Part shown: in pieces, positions 58,924 through 64,000 of the stretch | Numbering within the stretch: position 1 is the first letter of the stretch | Layout: every line of letters begins with the position of its first letter | NCBI GenBank assembly: GCA_900546075.1 | Contig: URBH01000002.1 | Coordinates: 15,263 to 79,262 of the forward strand | Origin: an uncultured Eubacteriales bacterium | Lineage (GTDB): Bacteria > Bacillota > Clostridia > Oscillospirales > Oscillospiraceae | Direction: 5' to 3' | DNA length: 64,000 nt | The notes under the pieces: generated by a model | Seen by the model: only the letters and a program-made list of their open reading frames with translations | What the model was told of the DNA's origin: nothing | Databases searched by the model: none | Program-made: the position numbers and the translations under genes

Positions 58924-59889
58924 ATGCCGAAAAAAGTTCCGAAATCCATCCGTCTCTCTTCCAAAGCGCGTAAGAAGCTCACAATCGCCTGCGCCATACT
59001 GGTATTTTTGTTTGCCCTCGGGATCACTTTGTATCCGCTGATCAGCAACTGGTATAACAGCCGGCACCAGTCTGAGATCCATACACAGTATCTGGAAGTG
59101 CTGCGGCAGGTCGACAACTCTGAGATCATTCTGGCCGAACGTTATGCAAATGAGTATAACACAGCCATCGCCCCCGGCACACAGCTCAGTGATGCATTCT
59201 CCAAAGAGGCACTGCTGTGGGCATCTGAGGACTACGAGAACCTGTTGAATCTGGCAGGTGATGGGATCATGGGCTATATTGAAATTCCCATGATTCAGGT
59301 AAATCTGCCAATCTATCATGGTACTGATTCAAAAACTCTGGATATCGGCGTTGGCCATCTTCTTGGCAGTTCTCTGCCGGTCGGCGGCAAAGGTACGCAC
59401 ACCGTCCTGACGGGGCATTCCGGTATGGCCACACAGAAGATGTTTTCCGATCTGGACAAACTGGAGCTGGGCGATGTGTTCTACCTGCAGGTATTGGACG
59501 AAACCCTTGCTTATCAGGTGGATGCCATCCATACCGTCCTGCCTTACGATACCTCTTTCCTCGGAATCACCGAGGGTGAGGACTATTGCACGCTGGTCAC
59601 CTGCACCCCCTTTGGCATCAATACCCACCGCCTGCTCGTTCGCGGGACACGCATCCCCTACGAGGAGGCCGAAGTCATCACCGCAGAGAAACTGCAGGTG
59701 GAAGATACCCCCGCATCCACTTGGGAACAGCAGTATATCAAAGGCATCCTGCTTGGCATCGCAACTGTTGCTGTAATTTTAGTCTTCTGCATCTGGGGCA
59801 GCCATTGCCAGAAGCGCAGACGCCGTAGAAAAACACGTCAGCGTGAGCAATTCCGGCCGAGAAAGCGAGGCAAGTATGAAAAAGCTTAA
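58924..59889 (+). CDS. class C (pilus-polymerising) sortase
   Basis: N-terminal TM; conserved catalytic His (VLTGHSG); active site TLVTCTP; C-terminal TM plus basic tail. Confidence 0.8.
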   Translation: MPKKVPKSIRLSSKARKKLTIACAILVFLFALGITLYPLISNWYNSRHQSEIHTQYLEVLRQVDNSEIILAERYANEYNTAIAPGTQLSDAFSKEALLWASEDYENLLNLAGDGIMGYIEIPMIQVNLPIYHGTDSKTLDIGVGHLLGSSLPVGGKGTHTVLTGHSGMATQKMFSDLDKLELGDVFYLQVLDETLAYQVDAIHTVLPYDTSFLGITEGEDYCTLVTCTPFGINTHRLLVRGTRIPYEEAEVITAEKLQVEDTPASTWEQQYIKGILLGIATVAVILVFCIWGSHCQKRRRRRKTRQREQFRPRKRGKYEKA

Positions 59890-60649
59890 ATACCTTGTAC
59901 TTATCCTTATGATCCTTGTTTTTCTTTCCGGTCTGGGAGTTCTCCTATACCCATATATTCGAGGATATCTGGTCGACCGGCAAATCGAACGGACCGCTGA
60001 GGAATTCCTGAGTCGCGTTGAAACTGACCCAATTTCACCATACCCATCTGAAAGTCAGTTGGATCAGGATACGCCTTCAGATTCGCCGGAACCTACCGAG
60101 CCGGATACCTATACTGACTTATGGCGGGATATGGTCGATTACAATAAAGAAATCTATATCAATGGCCAAAAAGGGCTGGATTGCAAACTTGCGTATGAAG
60201 ACCCCAGTTTCGTTCTGGCTGACTACGGTCTGGAAAGCGAAGTCTTTGCCGTGATTTCTATCCCCGCCTTGGAGCTGGAGATGCCGGTGTTTCTGGGCGC
60301 AAACTACCGTCACATGGCCGATGGTGCTGCTCTTTTAGGTCAAACCAGTATCCCCATCGGAGGAAAGAACACAAATTGTATCATTGCCGGCCATCGGGGA
60401 TGGGGCGGCGCCTCTTACTTCCGGTATGTGGATAAGCTGCAGCCCGGCGACGAGGTCATCATTACGAACCTCTGGGAAACGCTCCAGTATAGGGTGGCCG
60501 AAATCCAGATTATTCAGCCAAACGAAGTTGAGCAGATCCTGATCAAGCCCGGTCAGGAACTTGTCACACTGTTGACCTGCCACCCTTACGCATCCGGAGG
60601 CAGGCAGCGATATCTTGTGATCTGTGAAAGGGTAAATGAAAATAATTAA
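59876..60649 (+). CDS. second class C sortase
   Basis: ATG 59876 after GAGG; N-terminal TM; conserved catalytic His (IIAGHRG); active site LVTLLTCHP. Confidence 0.75.
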   Translation: MKKLKYLVLILMILVFLSGLGVLLYPYIRGYLVDRQIERTAEEFLSRVETDPISPYPSESQLDQDTPSDSPEPTEPDTYTDLWRDMVDYNKEIYINGQKGLDCKLAYEDPSFVLADYGLESEVFAVISIPALELEMPVFLGANYRHMADGAALLGQTSIPIGGKNTNCIIAGHRGWGGASYFRYVDKLQPGDEVIITNLWETLQYRVAEIQIIQPNEVEQILIKPGQELVTLLTCHPYASGGRQRYLVICERVNENN

Positions 60650-60694
60650 AAAACATCACATTTTTTACTGACTACAAATAACGGAGGTACTTAC

Positions 60695-61282
60695 ATGAAA
60701 ACGAAAATTATGAAATGTCTGGCGCTTGTTCTGGCAATGACCTGCATCCTGTGCTTTCCCACCCCTGCATCTGCGGCCGCCCAAGGTACTGACGGTACCG
60801 AGCTGGAAGTGGTTCAGCCTGAACAGCTGGAGATTCAGCTGGGCGAAAGCTGGGCCGGTGTTGCGTTTGAACTGAAAACCGATGCCGGCATGTACCCTGG
60901 GGTGATTCTCGTTGGCGAAGATGGCATCCTGCGTCTGGAAATCGGCGGCAGCACCAGCTACATTCTCACCTGCATGAACTCTGAAGTCGAAATACCCGAG
61001 CCTGATGCAGCACAGCGTACAGAAGGAGTTTCTGAAGCGGAAGATACAGCTGATACCTTACCCACCGAGGATACGGAAGCAGCTGCGTATCCTGAGGAGA
61101 GTACAGCTCCTGTCGAAGCAGATATGGCTGATGGCACCGTCTCCGGCATTCCCATCGCACATCTAGCACTGTTTGGCGGCGGTCTGATCGTTGCTGTTGG
61201 TGTCCTTATCGGCATCCATATCTTCCAAAAGCGCCGTGAGGGTAGCTGCGCTGAGGACGATGATGAAAATGACGAAATCTGA
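60695..61282 (+). CDS. secreted acidic protein with C-terminal TM anchor
   Basis: Signal peptide MKTKIMKCLALVLAMTCILCFPTPASA; acidic middle region; TM near the C-terminus. Confidence 0.5.
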   Translation: MKTKIMKCLALVLAMTCILCFPTPASAAAQGTDGTELEVVQPEQLEIQLGESWAGVAFELKTDAGMYPGVILVGEDGILRLEIGGSTSYILTCMNSEVEIPEPDAAQRTEGVSEAEDTADTLPTEDTEAAAYPEESTAPVEADMADGTVSGIPIAHLALFGGGLIVAVGVLIGIHIFQKRREGSCAEDDDENDEI

Positions 61283-61352
61283 GCCTGAAATGGGTATGGG
61301 AAGCAGGAAATTGTGCGATAAGTAGAACTTTTTTCATTCGTTTCCCAAACCA

Positions 61353-61631
61353 TTGACTATCTGAAACCCGGGTGCTACAATGCAAGTGTGGCAGGGGCTT
61401 GCACCCAGGCTTTCGATCCGCCGGAAGAGCTCCCGGCGTTTGACGCACCCGGGTGGGTAGCGGAATCGTTACGGACTTAGCGTTGTTATAGCGGTCCCCA
61501 ATGGTGCAAGTCAATTGAACATGATTACCGGAAGGTTGCTTACTTTAGGCCTCGGTCGGATCCGACCCCATCGAGCGTGCTTTAGTATTGCTTCCTTCCG
61601 GTATTTTTTAATTTTACGGAGGTATATCACA
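61353..61631 (+). promoter_or_regulatory. TTGACT-17-TACAAT promoter + ~240 nt structured leader ending in an intrinsic terminator (61528..61609) = riboswitch/attenuator candidate
   Basis: Promoter at 61353..61381; hairpins CGCCGGaagagctcCCGGCG and GGTCGGATCCGACC; terminator CCGGAAGG...CCTTCCGG + TATTTTTT immediately before the RBS of the 61632 gene. Confidence 0.45.
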
Positions 61632-62102
61632 ATGAAACCTAAAAACAAACGAAAGGGAATCGACAGAACCGCCCCTCGCTGTCCCTACTGCGGCAGTCAT
61701 ACCATTCTAAGAAGTGCCGATGGCATCTACCGGGAAAATGCGCGCAACGACATGCTCTACGTGTGCAAGAACTACCCTGTGTGCGACTCCTATGTCCGTG
61801 TCCAGCGCGGCACCAAGATACCCCTTGGAACTGTGGCGAACCGGGAACTGCGGGAGCTGCGGGCGGAAGCGCACCGCCAGTTCGACAAATTATACAAGCA
61901 CGGCTATATGAGCAAGCACGATGCCTACCAGTGGCTCGGAGGTATCCTTAGTGTTCCCGCGAAACAGGCACACATTGCCCAGCTCAGTCTATTGTCCTGT
62001 AATCTGGTCATTCGGGAAGCCAAGAAGCAGGTCAATTGGTACCATATGCGTAAAATGGCCGCTCTACAGCAGACTCAGGAAGGGGATGTGAAGGCGTCAT
62101 GA
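61632..62102 (+). CDS. zinc-ribbon protein (CPYC...C..C)
   Basis: GGAGG RBS; CPYCGS...CKNYPVC motif; 4-nt overlap with the sigma factor gene. Confidence 0.5.
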   Translation: MKPKNKRKGIDRTAPRCPYCGSHTILRSADGIYRENARNDMLYVCKNYPVCDSYVRVQRGTKIPLGTVANRELRELRAEAHRQFDKLYKHGYMSKHDAYQWLGGILSVPAKQAHIAQLSLLSCNLVIREAKKQVNWYHMRKMAALQQTQEGDVKAS

Positions 62103-62641
62103 CACCGGAGCAGCAGAAAATCGTGGAAGCGAATATGGGTCTGGTGGGAAAGGTCATCAAGGAGAAGGTCCGTCGACTCGGTCAGCCCGGGACCCCCAGT
62201 TATGAGGATCTGTTCCAAACCGGTTGTGTCGGTCTGTGCAAAGCTGCCATGACAGACAAGGGCGGCTGCTTCTCGACCTATGCGTATAGACTGATCTGGA
62301 ACGAGATCTGCGATGAATTGATCCGAAACACCAGACTGGTTCTGAACGAGCAGTCTACAGATGCAGTCGACGTTCTTTCCGAAGCAGCGTCGGCGCATCC
62401 GGATCCTTTGACGACCTCCGACCTGCGTCATACCATTGGGCAGGCAAAAGTGAAGGCTCAGGGAGGAACCGCAAAAGGCATCCAGTGCCTTGAGTTGACG
62501 GTTCAGGGATACACCAGCAAGGAGATCGGCACCATCGTAGGTGCCGATCCCGGTACTGTCCGAATGTGGATGACCAGAGCAAGGAAGTACCTCAAGGGTC
62601 TTCCAGAACTGCGGGCATTGGGATACCCGGAGGCCGTATGA
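62099..62641 (+). CDS. sigma-70 family (ECF-like) RNA polymerase sigma factor
   Basis: Region 2 (YEDLFQTGCVGLCKA...YAYRLIWNEI) and region 4 HTH (YTSKEIGTIVGADPGTVRMWMTRARKYL). Confidence 0.7.
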   Translation: MTPEQQKIVEANMGLVGKVIKEKVRRLGQPGTPSYEDLFQTGCVGLCKAAMTDKGGCFSTYAYRLIWNEICDELIRNTRLVLNEQSTDAVDVLSEAASAHPDPLTTSDLRHTIGQAKVKAQGGTAKGIQCLELTVQGYTSKEIGTIVGADPGTVRMWMTRARKYLKGLPELRALGYPEAV

Positions 62642-63102
62642 GAAAATCAATATGGCAGAGGGTCAAGCCATGGTGTGTACCACTGGTCTTGACCCTCTTA
62701 ATATATATCATGCTGCGCTCTGTTTTTCTGATTGGCTATGTTCCTTCCGCTTCCATGGAACCCACTTTGCATGAGGGGAGCTTCATCCTCGGCCTGAGGC
62801 TATATAGCGAGCCGAAAGTGGGAGACATCATCATTTTTGAGAAAGATGGTGTTTTGCTGGTAAAGCGAATTGCTGCCTGCCCGGGTGATTCGGTAGATCT
62901 GTCACAGCTGGAATATATGATGTCCACCCCAATCCCGGTTTGGGAGGAGGCAGTGCTGACCGTACCGGATGGGTGTTATTTCGTTCTCGGCGACAACGCC
63001 CAGAATTCCTGGGACTCACGCTATTGGGAGCAGCCGTATGTTCCCAGCCAGCAGATTGTTGCAAAGCTGATAAATTCATTTTACCATTGTTCAGACAAAT
63101 AG
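62638..63102 (+). CDS. signal peptidase I (S26)
   Basis: N-terminal TM, SMEPTL catalytic Ser box, VLGDNAQNSWDSRYW box; GGAGG RBS; start overlaps the sigma gene stop. Confidence 0.8.
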   Translation: MRKSIWQRVKPWCVPLVLTLLIYIMLRSVFLIGYVPSASMEPTLHEGSFILGLRLYSEPKVGDIIIFEKDGVLLVKRIAACPGDSVDLSQLEYMMSTPIPVWEEAVLTVPDGCYFVLGDNAQNSWDSRYWEQPYVPSQQIVAKLINSFYHCSDK

Positions 63103-63113
63103 CAGAGGGAGTT

Positions 63114-63827
63114 TTACGCATCATTTATGCTGTTAAGAGCATAGTATAGTTTCCCATCGAAATCCTTTAATTCAAAACGCTGAAACATCTCATTGCCATC
63201 AACATCTTCGTAGTTGACATTGAACCATGTAGGAACACCTTGGTCATTACGCTCGTATTCGTCAGTCAACACTGCCATCTGCTTTGGCCATTTCTTCGCA
63301 TCAACTGAGTCGTAATATGCGCAGTGAACGTATTGTATCTCATTGCACTTCAGAAGTGGAGTGATGTACTTGTCAAATACAATCATATGCTTAATGGGAA
63401 ATCTATTGACATTCTCAACACTAATTTTCACATTTTTGTGAATGGGGTTCGTAGCTTTATCATATAAGCTAAATGCCTCAGCCGTTCCATCCAACTGCAT
63501 ATCTATAGAAACTATTTTAACAGAGAAAATTGGCTGTATCTCTTTCTTCCTATTTTCAGCATCCTTTCTTTCATTCAATTCACTATAATAAATGCTCTGA
63601 AATATCGCAATCAAGCTTACAATTACAGTACCAATAAAAGACAGATAAGCTCCTAAAAATGAGAGCCAATCACTCTTTTCTAGGCCTGTCCCAACAGGGA
63701 AAATACCATTCTCCTTGAATACAAGGTAGATAATGACATAGACGATAGCAGAAAAAGCAACTATAGCAATAATAGGCATCTTGTATTTTGACCAAAATGT
63801 TAGCTTTTTTCTTTTTTGTTTACTCAT
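63114..63827 (-). CDS. hypothetical 2-TM membrane protein, AT-rich cargo gene
   Basis: ~40% GC against ~58% flanking; two N-terminal TM helices then a ~140 aa soluble domain; convergent with the pilus/sigma operon. Confidence 0.5.
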   Translation of the reverse strand: MSKQKRKKLTFWSKYKMPIIAIVAFSAIVYVIIYLVFKENGIFPVGTGLEKSDWLSFLGAYLSFIGTVIVSLIAIFQSIYYSELNERKDAENRKKEIQPIFSVKIVSIDMQLDGTAEAFSLYDKATNPIHKNVKISVENVNRFPIKHMIVFDKYITPLLKCNEIQYVHCAYYDSVDAKKWPKQMAVLTDEYERNDQGVPTWFNVNYEDVDGNEMFQRFELKDFDGKLYYALNSINDA

Positions 63828-63840
63828 AATAAATTACCTC

Positions 63841-64000
63841 TCACGCCTTAATATACCGTGCCGCCCGCCCCGCACCGATCCGCTTTATTGATCCAGTTTT
63901 AACCATGGCACCGAGCACGGCCTCAACAGTTGTGGGACTGACATCGGGGAGAATCTTGCAAATTTCGGCTTTAGAAATTGGAGTAAGGTTATTCAGAACA
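63841..64000 (-). CDS. 3' end of a gene encoding a C-terminal winged-HTH domain (partial, 5' part outside window)
   Basis: Own translation: ...LNNLTPISKAEICKILPDVSPTTVEAVLGAMVKTGSIKRIGAGRAARYIKA*. Confidence 0.35.
   Translation of the reverse strand, partial: VLNNLTPISKAEICKILPDVSPTTVEAVLGAMVKTGSIKRIGAGRAARYIKA

Larger units (their letters stand above)
34990..64000 (+). mobile_element. integrative conjugative element (partial; right end beyond window) with MPF_FA-type T4SS and a sortase-pilus cargo
   Basis: GC drop after the lysS terminator; VirB4, T4CP, VirB6-like, NlpC/P60 hydrolase, Maff2-like, PrgI-like and Xis-like genes all on the + strand. Confidence 0.65.

Noticed and set aside
1-64000. 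CRISPR arrays, tRNA or rRNA genes
   Set aside because: No spacer-interspersed short repeats and no cloverleaf or rRNA-like conserved segments noticed anywhere in the window

Overview
High-GC Firmicutes (Clostridia-like) chromosomal window with three regions. (1) 1..8602, minus strand: a contractile phage-tail gene cluster (baseplate, late-control-D-like, tail protein X, tape measure, chaperone, tube, sheath, neck proteins) with no capsid, portal, terminase or lysis genes in view. It is interrupted by a plus-strand SWIM-zinc-finger membrane protein gene and runs directly into a truncated yitT-like gene and gyrA-gyrB, so it is a tailocin or defective-prophage candidate. (2) 8602..34801: core genes. 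These are gyrBA, a histidine phosphatase, an AKR/ferredoxin fusion, proBAC, ctpA, two EnvC-like M23 peptidases, ftsEX, a CdaR-like regulator, a pseudouridine synthase, an FMN riboswitch with ribU, two nitroreductases, a PPC protein, an SdpR/SdpI-like pair, a YhfC protease, greA and lysS. This region also holds two inverted copies of a ~180 bp multi-hairpin intergenic repeat. (3) ~34990..64000: a lower-GC integrative conjugative element (MPF_FA-type T4SS: Maff2-like, VirB6/TrbL-like, NlpC/P60+3D hydrolase, PrgI-like, VirB4, T4CP, Xis-like HTH/DUF5348 genes). Its cargo is a sortase-assembled pilus locus: a 1.3 kDa-class thioester-domain LPXTG tip adhesin, a YPKN-motif/E-box major pilin and two class C sortases. 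After that come a promoter-to-terminator structured leader (riboswitch candidate) before a Zn-ribbon/sigma-factor/signal-peptidase operon, and an AT-rich 2TM cargo gene at the window edge. No rRNA, tRNA or CRISPR was seen. All similarity statements are from reading the translations, not from database searches.
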